64,000 bases of DNA from a virus. Made by a program: the position numbers and the translations under genes. The notes below the pieces were generated by a model that saw only the letters and a program-made list of their open reading frames with translations, had not been told where the DNA came from and did not search any database. Shown here one piece after another: positions 47,441-56,947 of the stretch (positions are counted from its first letter, which is position 1; each line of letters opens with the position of its first letter). The DNA lies in the IMG/VR virus record IMGVR_UViG_3300005534_000001, positions 1-64,000 of that record. The stretch is one strand, 5' to 3'.

Positions 47441-48744
47441 ATGATGACAATCTTAATAATCATCATCGTGGCCATCCTGTTAACGGCAGGGCATTTCACT
47501 ATGATGCATAGGTTTGACGCCGCTTTTAACCGAATACTTGATTCACTTAACGCCATCAAACAAGGGGAAATAAACATGGACGCAGACATTCAGAAACTCA
47601 TTGACCAAGCAAAACTCAATACCAACGCGGAAGCTTCTGCCGTTGCAACAATCAATGGCCTAGCAGCCAAACTCTCCGCAGCACTCGCCAATGTTGGCGG
47701 CCTATCGCCAGCAGATCGCGCAACTCTTCAGGCCGAAGTTACCGACATGCAGACCGGGGCAGCATCCTTGGGGGCCGCGATCGTGGCCAACACGCCGGCA
47801 GCGGGGAATCCTCCGGTAACGACTCCTCCGGTTGTTCCGCCAGCAGTTTAACCCAGAGACGGGCCAGTCCTACAGTTTCCATCGCAGGCTGGCCGTCTTC
47901 ACTTTCGAATAGGAGAATTAATCCCATGAGCACTAATCCCTCAAATCTTCAGAACGTAGAGAATCACCTCGCAACATTCGCACACATCGTCCGCGCAGAC
48001 GTGGACAAGGCGCTGCCATTCGTCGCCCGCATCATTTCAGTTGCCGGCTCAATCTGGCCATTGGTCGGTTCCATCGGCTCTCCTCTGATTGCTGCCGTAA
48101 TCAAGGCTGAAGCCTCTGTGAATGCCCCAGGTCAAGGCGCAAACAAACTGGCATCGGTTATTGCCGCAGTTGGCCCACAAGTGCAGCAGGCGCTCAATGC
48201 GTCAGGCCACGCGGCACAGGGTGCAACAGTCGAATCCACCATCGAAAAGGTCGTTAAGGGATTACAGGAGCCTACGGCGGTAGATCAGGTTCCGGCAGTG
48301 GTATCTGCGCCAATTCCGGGCGTTCCGAAGGCGTAACCAATGAGACTCGTTAGAGACGAAAACGGCGAGAGTGTGACTCGCCCATGTGGCCACGATGATT
48401 GGGATAAGCCATCAACATTTCTCGGAGAAACAGGCACCGAACAATTCTCTGTTGTAACCCGCGTGAACGAGGAAAAGATTGGCGAGCATAAGATCCATGA
48501 TCCATTCGTGCGAACGGTGGTAATACTTAGAGGATTTAAGTGGGCATGGAAAGCGCTGTTCGGCGGCCTGACTATCCAAGTCTCGGTCAATTCCAGCGAA
48601 GGCGCATCGCGGGCAATAATGACGCTCAATCCTCATCAACTTCAGGCCGAAACCGAGAAGATGCTGGAAGAGCGCCGACTGAGCCAGGAGGCCCATGCGC
48701 GGGCTGAGGACTACGGGATTTGCCAGATCGCGGGAGAAGCATGA
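47441..48744 (+). CDS. three hypothetical ORFs (47441-47851, 47926-48336, 48340-48744)
   Basis: Ala-rich helical proteins; AGGAG RBS; long hairpin at 47856-47899. Confidence 0.65.
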
Positions 48745-49346
48745 CAGACGATCAATCACCAGAAACTACAAACGAAGAGCAGCCAAAGCCTAAGCGCAGA
48801 CACTTTATCCCCATCAAGGAGTCTCAGCTAGCTAAGAGCACAGCGGCCATTCTCATAGCCGAAGATCTGCTCACCGATGTCAAGATTGCTGAACGTGTCG
48901 GCATCAATCTAAAGACTCTTGGCAACTGGAAGCGCAATGAGCATTTCGCCGCTAAAGTTCTGGAGTACCAGAAAGCTTTTGCCGACCGCGCCCTAAAGCA
49001 TGGATTGGCCAACAAGGAAATCAGACTCCATGAGCTCGACAAGATGTATGCCGACCTGAAGCAGGTTATCCGGGAGCGGGGATCTTCCGAGGAAATGAAG
49101 AAAGTGCCTGGAGGTACTACTGGGCTAATCTGCAAGACCTACAAAGGCATCGGCATTAACCAGCAGGAGATTTTCGAGGTTGACAATCCTACCATCAAGC
49201 AACTGATTGCCATCCATGAGCAATATGCGCAAGAGCTTGGCCAGAAGATTGCCAAGATGGAAGTGGCATTTGGCAGTATTGCTGAGCGCATGGAAGCTGC
49301 TGAAGAGCGACTGAAGAACAGAATCCCGTCAACATGTGTGCAATAG
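48741..49346 (+). CDS. terS: terminase small subunit
   Basis: N-terminal HTH (IAERVGINLKTLGNWK), G..TGL...VD...EQ.AQELGQ; directly before terL. Confidence 0.75.
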   Translation: MTDDQSPETTNEEQPKPKRRHFIPIKESQLAKSTAAILIAEDLLTDVKIAERVGINLKTLGNWKRNEHFAAKVLEYQKAFADRALKHGLANKEIRLHELDKMYADLKQVIRERGSSEEMKKVPGGTTGLICKTYKGIGINQQEIFEVDNPTIKQLIAIHEQYAQELGQKIAKMEVAFGSIAERMEAAEERLKNRIPSTCVQ

Positions 49347-51829
49347 CAGCGCAAGAAGAAATCTATAACCGCCTTCATGATCGGCTGCTGGATTTCAAAT
49401 GGGATCCTTATGGATTTGCGCTTTACGCCTATCCTTGGGGTGAGGGGGAGCTGGCGAATTCTGCTGGTCCTCGTACTTGGCAGCGCGAAATCATGGAGAT
49501 TATTGGAGGACATCTCCAGAATCCCCAGACAAGATTTACGCCGTTACAAGTTGCTGTTTGTAGCGGCCACGGGATCGGCAAGCTACACTGTAAATCATTG
49601 GTAATAAATGATTTAAACGGCACAAAAAGATGGGGCGATATTCGGCCTGGGGATTTAGTTTTTGGTGGCGATGGAAGGCCAGTACGAGTCAAGTCCACTC
49701 ATGAGCAAGGAGTAAAGCCAATATATCGGGTTACATTCGATGATGGCTCATACACGCTTGTTGGCCTGGAACATCTATGGAATGTTCGCGGTCGCCAAGA
49801 AAGACGCAAGAAGTTAGAAGGATGGCGAACACTCACAACCGAACAGATTTTAGAGCTTGGAGTTCTGCGATCAAACGGCGTAGCACAGGCAAAGCAATGG
49901 GAAATACCGATTCAAGGGGCAGCGCAATTTGAGGAAAGAGAAATTGACCTTCATCCGTACTTTTTTGGGATATGGCTTGGCGATGGAACTAAAGGAATCC
50001 CGCAATATACTAAACCGTTCCCTGAATTGGTTGAGCGGCTTAGAAGTTTGGGGATGCAAGTCAATGAGCGCCCAGACGGCAAACACAAGAGAGTTATTGG
50101 GATATCTCATCTTCTCACCGATGCAGTCTTCAGTTGTGGCTCCCACGAAAGATACATCCCAGATTCCTACAAATTCAATACCGTTGAAAATCGGCGTGAA
50201 TTGCTTCGCGGCTTACTTGACACGGATGGCGAAGCAAATAGTTCTGGGAGTATTGGATACTCATCTACAAGTAAACGCCTTTGTGAAGATGTAATTTGGC
50301 TTGTCCGCTCTTTGGGCGGCAAGGCGATGATGCAGGATGCGGTAAAACATGGATGGTACCCAGATGGTGAAGGTGGAAGAGTTGAATGCCGGGATTGCTA
50401 CAGGGCCACAATTAACCTCGACTGGAATCCATTCACAATTGAGCATCGGCGAAAGGCGTGGAAACCATCTGAAGAGCGATATCTTAAACGCTGGATTGAG
50501 AGCATTGAGTATTCCCACGATGAGGACGCAATGTGCATCTCTGTTGATGCTCCAGATGGTCTTTATCTTGCCAATGATTTCATCGTAACGCACAATACGA
50601 GCCTGATTGCAATGTTGACTGCATGGGCCAAGAGCACATGCAGGGATTGCCGAGTCAAGATTACAGCGAACACTGGGCCGCAGTTAGACACCATCACAGT
50701 ACCAGAAGTATCAACTTGGTTCAGGCGGTTGATCAATGCGGATTGGTGGGACGTAAAAGCTACTTCGATCAAGGTAAGGGATACTAATTTTGAAAAGACA
50801 TGGCGAACAGATTTTGTCACTTGGAGCGCTAAAAATCCTTCCGCTTTTGCAGGCTTGCACAATTACGGGAAGCGAATCCTCTATATTTTCGATGAGGCAA
50901 GCGGAATTGATGACATTATCTGGGAAACAACGCAAGGTTCCATGTCGGATGAAAATACCGAGATCATCTGGCTTGCCTTCGGAAACCCGATTGAGCGAGA
51001 TGGGAGATTTGCAGAGTGTTTCGGCAAATTCGCCCATCGCTGGGTAAAGAAAAGAATTGATTCACGTACCGTCGAAGGAACCAACAAAGAGGCAATTCAG
51101 AAAGATGTTGACGATTGGGGCGAAGACTCAGACTTCGTTCGCGCTCGATGGCGCGGAGAGTTTCCACGTGCAGGCTCAAGCCAGTTCATCCCAAGTGATT
51201 CTGTAGCCTTCTGCCGAAAGTACAAAGCAACGGGCTACAGCGGCCTGCCAAAGATCATGGCGGTTGACGTGGCGCGGTTTGGCGATGATCAAACGACCAT
51301 CGGGTATCGGCAGGGAAGAAAGGCAGTCATTCTCGCAAAGTATCGCGGATTGGACACGGTTCAGGTAGCAGAACATGTTATTGAGTTTATGGAATCCGAA
51401 GATCCCGATGCAGTGGTCATCGACGGTGATGGTCTCGGTGCCGGAGTGGTCGATCACATTAAGCACCGTGGATTTGGGAAGAAAGTTTTCGAGTTTCATG
51501 GAGGGGCCACGCCGAACGATGTAGCGAAGTATTTCAATCGCCGTGCTGAGATTTGGGGATTAGGCCGTGACGCTCTTAAGGCAGGAATGGAAATTCCCGA
51601 TGATCCTGAGCTCGACTCTGACTTGACCGGAATAAAGTACGGATTTGGACCGAAGGGCCAGATTCAACTTGAGCGCAAAGAGGATATGAAGAAACGCGGA
51701 TTGAAGAGCCCAGATCTTGGAGATATGCTTATGATGACATTCGCAGTTAGGATCATGGCGAAAAAGAAAGAGACTGCGACTCGGCCAGTTCTTTCGAGTT
51801 ATGCTGGTAATTCTTGGATGGGAGCATGA
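49334..51829 (+). CDS. terL: terminase large subunit, intein-containing
   Basis: SGHGIGK[intein]TS, GLHN...IFDEASGI, FGNP, GEF, DVARFGDD, SPD.GD. Confidence 0.95.
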   Translation: MCAIAAQEEIYNRLHDRLLDFKWDPYGFALYAYPWGEGELANSAGPRTWQREIMEIIGGHLQNPQTRFTPLQVAVCSGHGIGKLHCKSLVINDLNGTKRWGDIRPGDLVFGGDGRPVRVKSTHEQGVKPIYRVTFDDGSYTLVGLEHLWNVRGRQERRKKLEGWRTLTTEQILELGVLRSNGVAQAKQWEIPIQGAAQFEEREIDLHPYFFGIWLGDGTKGIPQYTKPFPELVERLRSLGMQVNERPDGKHKRVIGISHLLTDAVFSCGSHERYIPDSYKFNTVENRRELLRGLLDTDGEANSSGSIGYSSTSKRLCEDVIWLVRSLGGKAMMQDAVKHGWYPDGEGGRVECRDCYRATINLDWNPFTIEHRRKAWKPSEERYLKRWIESIEYSHDEDAMCISVDAPDGLYLANDFIVTHNTSLIAMLTAWAKSTCRDCRVKITANTGPQLDTITVPEVSTWFRRLINADWWDVKATSIKVRDTNFEKTWRTDFVTWSAKNPSAFAGLHNYGKRILYIFDEASGIDDIIWETTQGSMSDENTEIIWLAFGNPIERDGRFAECFGKFAHRWVKKRIDSRTVEGTNKEAIQKDVDDWGEDSDFVRARWRGEFPRAGSSQFIPSDSVAFCRKYKATGYSGLPKIMAVDVARFGDDQTTIGYRQGRKAVILAKYRGLDTVQVAEHVIEFMESEDPDAVVIDGDGLGAGVVDHIKHRGFGKKVFEFHGGATPNDVAKYFNRRAEIWGLGRDALKAGMEIPDDPELDSDLTGIKYGFGPKGQIQLERKEDMKKRGLKSPDLGDMLMMTFAVRIMAKKKETATRPVLSSYAGNSWMGA
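49583..50596 (+). mobile_element. class-3-type intein with LAGLIDADG homing endonuclease (338 aa)
   Basis: Starts Leu, ends VTHN/T; block B EHLW, block F MCISV; FFGIWLGDG and LLRGLLDTDG. Confidence 0.9.
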
Positions 51830-52377
51830 CCGAAGTCCATACCAATCTCTTTGTCGGCTCTCAGGCAGACCTGACGCCGACAGTTCACGACTATGCAATC
51901 GTTCACGCAGCAAAAGACCCTTGGCACCGGCAAGCGGTAGGCTACACCGAACGAGCAGCGCCTAAAGATCATCCTGAATATCTGTTTGCGCATCGCCGGA
52001 ATCGGTTGAGCCTGAATCTGATTGATGCTGCCTATCCTCAATTCATTCCCGATGCGGTGATGGACGAAGGCTGCAAGTTTATCGGGAAGCATTTGGCCGC
52101 AGGCTCAAAAGTGCTGGTGCATTGCAATCAGGGACAGAGCAGAGGGCCGGGATTGGCGTTCTACTATCTTTGGAAATCAGCGTTATTGCCTGAAGAGTTT
52201 GAGGTTGCACTGGCTGAGTTCAAGAAGGTATATCCTGCATTTAATCCCGCTTCCGGTATTCTCGGGTTTCTGAAAGTACGGTGCGTGAAGCGTGGCGAAG
52301 TGTTGCAGGCTGAAACGATTGAAGAGCAATCGGAAGGCCCAGTTAGCGATGAAGAGTTTTTAGCCCGATTCGGGTAA
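51826..52377 (+). CDS. dual-specificity / Cys-based phosphatase
   Basis: VLVHCNQGQSRG (HCx5R); LFVGS; LNLID. Confidence 0.9.
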   Translation: MTEVHTNLFVGSQADLTPTVHDYAIVHAAKDPWHRQAVGYTERAAPKDHPEYLFAHRRNRLSLNLIDAAYPQFIPDAVMDEGCKFIGKHLAAGSKVLVHCNQGQSRGPGLAFYYLWKSALLPEEFEVALAEFKKVYPAFNPASGILGFLKVRCVKRGEVLQAETIEEQSEGPVSDEEFLARFG

Positions 52378-52386
52378 AGGAGAGAA

Positions 52387-52915
52387 ATGGCACACAGAGA
52401 AATGGCATCGGCCACGGTACAGAAGCGCGAGATGGGCAAGAAGATGCTGGAGCACCTGAAGGTAATAAAGGGGAAAGGCGATAGCGGCCATGTGATTGAG
52501 CACCATTACGAAAATGGTGGTATGGGCATGTGGCACAAACCTGATGTAGTCCCATTCGGCGCTGACCAAGGCAAGGAGGCGCTGGCTCATATTGCTTCAG
52601 CCGTTGGCATTAAAATGGACGCCGAAGAGAAAGGCGAGTCTCCCAAGGAAGAGAAGGCAGAAATGGCGAAGGGTGGGAAGGGAGAAAAGGAGGAGGAAGA
52701 CGATGCCTAGGCCACAGACCCCGATGCCAGAACTCCTAACATCTCAAGAGGGTGTGGAGTTGTCCGCCTACAACATCAACACCGATAAAATGGATAGCAT
52801 CCCCGGCTTAACTCCACAGCAGGCCACTGATATCCAGCGGCTGTTATGCCGTTATTTTGAAATGGGAGTCAGCGCGGGAATAAACACGGCGCGAGAATCC
52901 TTAAAGAATCTGTAA
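52387..52915 (+). CDS. two hypothetical ORFs (52387-52710, 52703-52915)
   Basis: AAGGAG / GGAGG RBSs. Confidence 0.65.
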
Positions 52916-53094
52916 TGCCAGCCTTTCTTGAGCAGAAACTCAAAGCGCGGTACGGACAGAACAGCAAGATACCGTACAAAATAATGAACTCTATCGGTGC
53001 AATGAGGGGTTCACGCGAGACGGCGAAAGGTGCTGCCATGCAGCGCAAGCACGACAAGAAAGTCTCTATTCTGGCTTTGATGAGGGCGAAATAA
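52915..53094 (+). CDS. small basic protein (59 aa)
   Basis: Manual translation MPAFLEQKLKARYG...KKVSILALMRAK; TAATG coupling at both ends. Confidence 0.7.
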   Translation: MPAFLEQKLKARYGQNSKIPYKIMNSIGAMRGSRETAKGAAMQRKHDKKVSILALMRAK

Positions 53095-53267
53095 TGGCCA
53101 TCCACATCAAACCCTCGCGCAAGGGGCTGCTCCACAAGAAACTTGGCATCCCAGAGGGCAAGCCAATCAGTATTGCTGCGTTGATGTAGGCCAAGAGTTC
53201 AAAGAGTCCAGCGCTTCGCAAAGAGGCAACATTTGCCGCTAGTGCTCGAAAGTGGAATCACAGTTAA
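53094..53267 (+). pseudogene. small basic phage protein with in-frame TAG at 53187-53189
   Basis: MAIHIKPSRKGLLHKKLGIPEGKPISIAALM*AKSSKSPALRKEATFAASARKWNHS; the downstream TAA abuts the next ATG. Confidence 0.7.
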
Positions 53268-53465
53268 ATGCCAACTGGTACCCAAGACCCTAAATCGCTC
53301 TTCCCGTTCGGCACATCCGATCTGCGCCGACCAAGATTGAGCGGAGCGATGCGGAATTATGCGACCAAGCCAAAGGCACAGTTTAGGCCTCAGAAAATCG
53401 GGGCAATCAAGGCCAACAAATTGGTTTCCATTGCGGCTCTTTTGCCGAAGAAAGGTTACAGATGA
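53268..53465 (+). CDS. small basic protein (65 aa)
   Basis: Ends ...KLVSIAALLPKKGYR. Confidence 0.65.
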   Translation: MPTGTQDPKSLFPFGTSDLRRPRLSGAMRNYATKPKAQFRPQKIGAIKANKLVSIAALLPKKGYR

Positions 53466-53743
53466 TCCAACCTCTCCATGACCGCGTACTCGTTCGCCGA
53501 ATCCAACAAGAGCAAGGTTTGATTGTGCTCACCGATGCTGAAAAGTCGCGGCGCTGTGAAGTCTTGGCCGTTGGCCCTGGAAGATGGGATGCAGAACGAG
53601 AAGAATTTAAGCCAATCCAAGTTAAGGCTGGACAGACTGTGATTGTTTCCCCGTCAATCAACAATGAGGCATGGACCGACATCATCCAGCGCGGTGATGA
53701 AGTTCTGATTCAGGAAGCGGATATCTTGGTGGTGTGCGGGTGA
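53462..53743 (+). CDS. groES: co-chaperonin GroES
   Basis: IQPLHDRVLVRR, GLIVL.D, EVLAVGPG, VK.G..V, LI.E.DIL.V. Confidence 0.9.
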   Translation: MIQPLHDRVLVRRIQQEQGLIVLTDAEKSRRCEVLAVGPGRWDAEREEFKPIQVKAGQTVIVSPSINNEAWTDIIQRGDEVLIQEADILVVCG

Positions 53744-54103
53744 GGGCCACTGCTCGGCTCTGGATAAGCACCATAATCTTTTATCTTGTAATGTCCCATT
53801 TTTCCTACGAATTACACCCTAAGTCATGGGTAACAATGGGCGTCATTGTTTATCTTTTCACAATATTTTCGGTTGGCATCATTGACAAACGGGAAAACTA
53901 AAATGAGTTACGATTCTCCCGAAGTCAAAGCCGAAAACGACCAAGAGAGCAGACTTCGCTCACTCGCCGAAGGAATCATTGACAACAAGCACTTGCGCGA
54001 AATACTCAAAGAGACTCATCCAGCCTTGCGCCGTGGAGTATACGACAAATTGAAGCCGATGGTGAGTTTTAAAGCACAACCATATTTCTTTCTGATTCGA
54101 TAA
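53740..54103 (+). CDS. two short ORFs (53740-53901 2-TM, 53 aa; 53903-54103)
   Basis: Manual translation; GTGA coupling to groES. Confidence 0.55.
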
Positions 54104-56419
54104 ATGCCAGCCCTCGTAGAAGCCACAGGTAGCCCCAAGCAAAAAGAAATAGATGAAGAAGAGCAAGCCAGAATTGATCTGGATGCTTTTCTGACTCTTG
54201 CGCGCAAGCGTTTCTCTATTGCTGAAGAGGCTGAGGCAGAAAACCGCAAAGCTTCTCTTGAAGATCTGGAATTTTTCACTGGAGAGCAGTGGCCGAACGA
54301 TGTCAAGGCCGCAAGAAGCGCCGATGGACGCCCATGCCTCACAATCAATCGGCTCAAGGGCATAAAGAATCAAGTCACGAACGAGCAGAGGCAGCAGAGG
54401 CCAGCAATTCAAGTAAACCCTCGTGGAGACGGAGCCAGCACGGAGACCGCCGAAGTCTATCAAGGGATAATACGAGACATTGAGGTAAACTCTGACGCTG
54501 AAATTGCCTATGACAGTTCATTCGAAGGAATGGTCATCGGTGGATTCTCGTACTTCCGCGTTCTCACTGATTACCTTCCCGGATTAAGTTTTGAGCAGGA
54601 ACTTAAGATCAAGCGGATCAAAAATCCCTTCACGGTTTACTTTGATCCAACCTGCATTGAACCTGATTATTCCGATGCAAACTGGGCCTTCATCATCGAA
54701 GACCTGTCGAAACAGGAATACAAAGCGCAGTTTCCTAAGTCTGAAGCCGCTTCGATGGTGGACTTCAGCAGTATTGGAGATCAATCGCCGGGATGGGCCG
54801 CAAAAGAGACAATTCGCATCGCTGAGTACTTCCATGTTGAGCACGATACCCAGCCGATTGTGCTTCTTGATGATAATCGCGTGATGCTCAAAGAACATGC
54901 GCCAAAAGATGCGGTAATCGTTAAATCCAGAGACATGATAGTTCGCCGCGTGGTCTGGACAAAGATCAATGCCATCGAGAAATTGAAAGAGACTTCTTGG
55001 CTTGGCCAGTGGATACCGATTATCCCGGTACTCGGCGACGATCTGGACGTAAACGGGAAAAGGTACCTTGCTGGATTGATCAGAAACGCAAAAGACGCAC
55101 AAAAGCAATACAACTACATGAACTCGGCGGCCACAGAGCAGATTGCATTGGCCACTAAAGCCCCATATTTGGCAGTGGAAGGCCAGATGGAAGGCTTTGA
55201 GAAAATGTGGGAACAGGCCAATGTCAGGAATTTCTCGTTCCTGTATTACAAGGCTGTTGATGTTCAAGGTAAACCCGCTCCTCCTCCGACACGCAATGCG
55301 GTAGAGCCACCTATTCAGGCAATGGCAGTGATGATCAGGCAGGCTGACAATGACCTGAAAAGTACTACAGGCATTTATGACGCATCTTTGGGGGAAAGAG
55401 GGCCAGACCAGTCAGGGAAGGCGATTCTAGCTCGACAGAAGCAGGGAGACGTTGCCACGCTCAACTTTAGCGACAATCTGGCGCGGTCGATTCGCTTTCT
55501 TGGCAAGCAATTGGTGGATTTGATTCCGAGAGTTTATACCGCAGCGCGAATCCAAAGAATCATCAAGCCAGATCAAACGGTTGATCATGTGGGAATATGG
55601 AATTCCTCAATGCATGATGCCGGTACCGACCCGCGCACATTGCCGGGAATGACCGATCCGTCAATCAAGAGGATCTTTGACATTGGTACAGGGCGCTACG
55701 ATGTAACGGTATCGGTTGGGCCTTCATATCAGTCGAAGAGGCAGGAAGCAGTTTCTTCGCAACTTGCGCTCATTCAGGCTGACCCTGATATTTTGAAGGT
55801 CGCTGGCGATCTGCTAATCAGGAACATGGATTGGCCGGGATCAAAAGAAATTGCTGACAGAGTAAAGAAGATGTTGCCTCCACAATTGCAAGACGATAAT
55901 GGAGATCCAGCAGCGCAACTCCAGAAGGCGCAATCTCAACTTCAGCAACTAAATCAGCAGCATGAATTATTGACTCAGCATCTTACTGCTGCCAATGAAA
56001 CGATCAAATCTAAGCAACAAGAGCAAGAGGCCAAGATGTCCATCGCCAAGGCTCAGATTGATGCCGATTTGATCAAGACGAAACTGGAACTTGAGAATAA
56101 ATTGGCGATTGCCGAAATCACTACCAAGGCCCAAGACCGTCAGCAGAGAGCTCAATTAGAACAGGATATGTGGATGGCGCTGCACAATTCGGCGCACGAT
56201 GCGGCAACTCAAGCGACAGATCAAACGCACGAAGCGGGAATGCAGACTGCCGACCAGCAGCATGAAGCACAACTTCAGCAAGCCCAACAGCAACATGAAG
56301 GCGAACAGGCCACCCAATCCCAAGGTGCAGAAGCAGACCAAGCTACTCAGGCCCAAGCAGCCGCACAACAGCAACAAGAATCGGCGCAAGCCGCAGAACC
56401 TCAAACTCCAGGAGAATAA
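54104..56419 (+). CDS. P22-like portal protein
   Basis: DLEF..GEQW, RPCLTINR, V.N.QRQ.RP, IPIIPV.G, KDAQ..YN, G.YDV.V..GPSY.SKRQE; Gln-rich C-terminal coiled coil. Confidence 0.92.
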   Translation: MPALVEATGSPKQKEIDEEEQARIDLDAFLTLARKRFSIAEEAEAENRKASLEDLEFFTGEQWPNDVKAARSADGRPCLTINRLKGIKNQVTNEQRQQRPAIQVNPRGDGASTETAEVYQGIIRDIEVNSDAEIAYDSSFEGMVIGGFSYFRVLTDYLPGLSFEQELKIKRIKNPFTVYFDPTCIEPDYSDANWAFIIEDLSKQEYKAQFPKSEAASMVDFSSIGDQSPGWAAKETIRIAEYFHVEHDTQPIVLLDDNRVMLKEHAPKDAVIVKSRDMIVRRVVWTKINAIEKLKETSWLGQWIPIIPVLGDDLDVNGKRYLAGLIRNAKDAQKQYNYMNSAATEQIALATKAPYLAVEGQMEGFEKMWEQANVRNFSFLYYKAVDVQGKPAPPPTRNAVEPPIQAMAVMIRQADNDLKSTTGIYDASLGERGPDQSGKAILARQKQGDVATLNFSDNLARSIRFLGKQLVDLIPRVYTAARIQRIIKPDQTVDHVGIWNSSMHDAGTDPRTLPGMTDPSIKRIFDIGTGRYDVTVSVGPSYQSKRQEAVSSQLALIQADPDILKVAGDLLIRNMDWPGSKEIADRVKKMLPPQLQDDNGDPAAQLQKAQSQLQQLNQQHELLTQHLTAANETIKSKQQEQEAKMSIAKAQIDADLIKTKLELENKLAIAEITTKAQDRQQRAQLEQDMWMALHNSAHDAATQATDQTHEAGMQTADQQHEAQLQQAQQQHEGEQATQSQGAEADQATQAQAAAQQQQESAQAAEPQTPGE

Positions 56420-56422
56420 CTT

Positions 56423-56824
56423 ATGGCACTACCAATGAATAAAATCGGCAATCATTCAGGGGCATGGGATTCATCGGCCCAAAGGGACGTACTCCAGAGC
56501 AATTGTCAATTACCTTTTGTTCTCACAGGTTCAGCCGATGCCCTCGCATGGCCGGCAAGTTACATTGTCAACTCATCCGTTGTGGATGCAATGACACTCG
56601 GTACTCCCATTGCCGGAGATCCATTGGTCGGTGGCGATGACGGGAAAACCATTACAGTTGCCGATGTCGGCGGCCATGCTCATACGATCACCACGGCTAA
56701 CAACGTGATCATCAACAGCAAGAAGACGCTCACATTCAATGGAACCATTGGTTCTTTCGTTGAGCTCCAGGCGTGGAATGGACTCTGGATAGTCTTGGCC
56801 AACACTGGAATAACAATCAGCTAA
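56423..56824 (+). CDS. beta-rich hypothetical virion protein
   Basis: AGGAG RBS; LGTP.AG...DDGK.I...AHT.T...L.A.NG.W pattern. Confidence 0.65.
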   Translation: MALPMNKIGNHSGAWDSSAQRDVLQSNCQLPFVLTGSADALAWPASYIVNSSVVDAMTLGTPIAGDPLVGGDDGKTITVADVGGHAHTITTANNVIINSKKTLTFNGTIGSFVELQAWNGLWIVLANTGITIS

Positions 56825-56842
56825 CCTTCCACATGTGAACTG

Positions 56843-56873
56843 GGCCGATCAATCGAGGTCGGCCATTCTTTTT
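56843..56873 (+). terminator. intrinsic terminator
   Basis: GGCCGATC/GGTCGGCC stem followed by ATTCTTTTT. Confidence 0.65.
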
Positions 56874-56947
56874 GGTGTAACAGGAATGCAGAATGATTTT
56901 CATATTCGCAATTTTAATCGTATTTTTACTTCTCTGTGGGCAGATCA

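Noticed and set aside
5873-53189. Stop-codon reassignment (alternative genetic code)
   Set aside because: The three internal stops are TAA, TGA and TAG, one each. All three codons end genes normally elsewhere (e.g. the coat gene ends in TAG), long genes are uninterrupted, and no suppressor tRNA was seen.
53744-53900. Possible structured RNA after groES (CCCATT/AATGGG stem)
   Set aside because: Fully explained by a 53-aa 2-TM ORF (53740-53901) coupled to groES.
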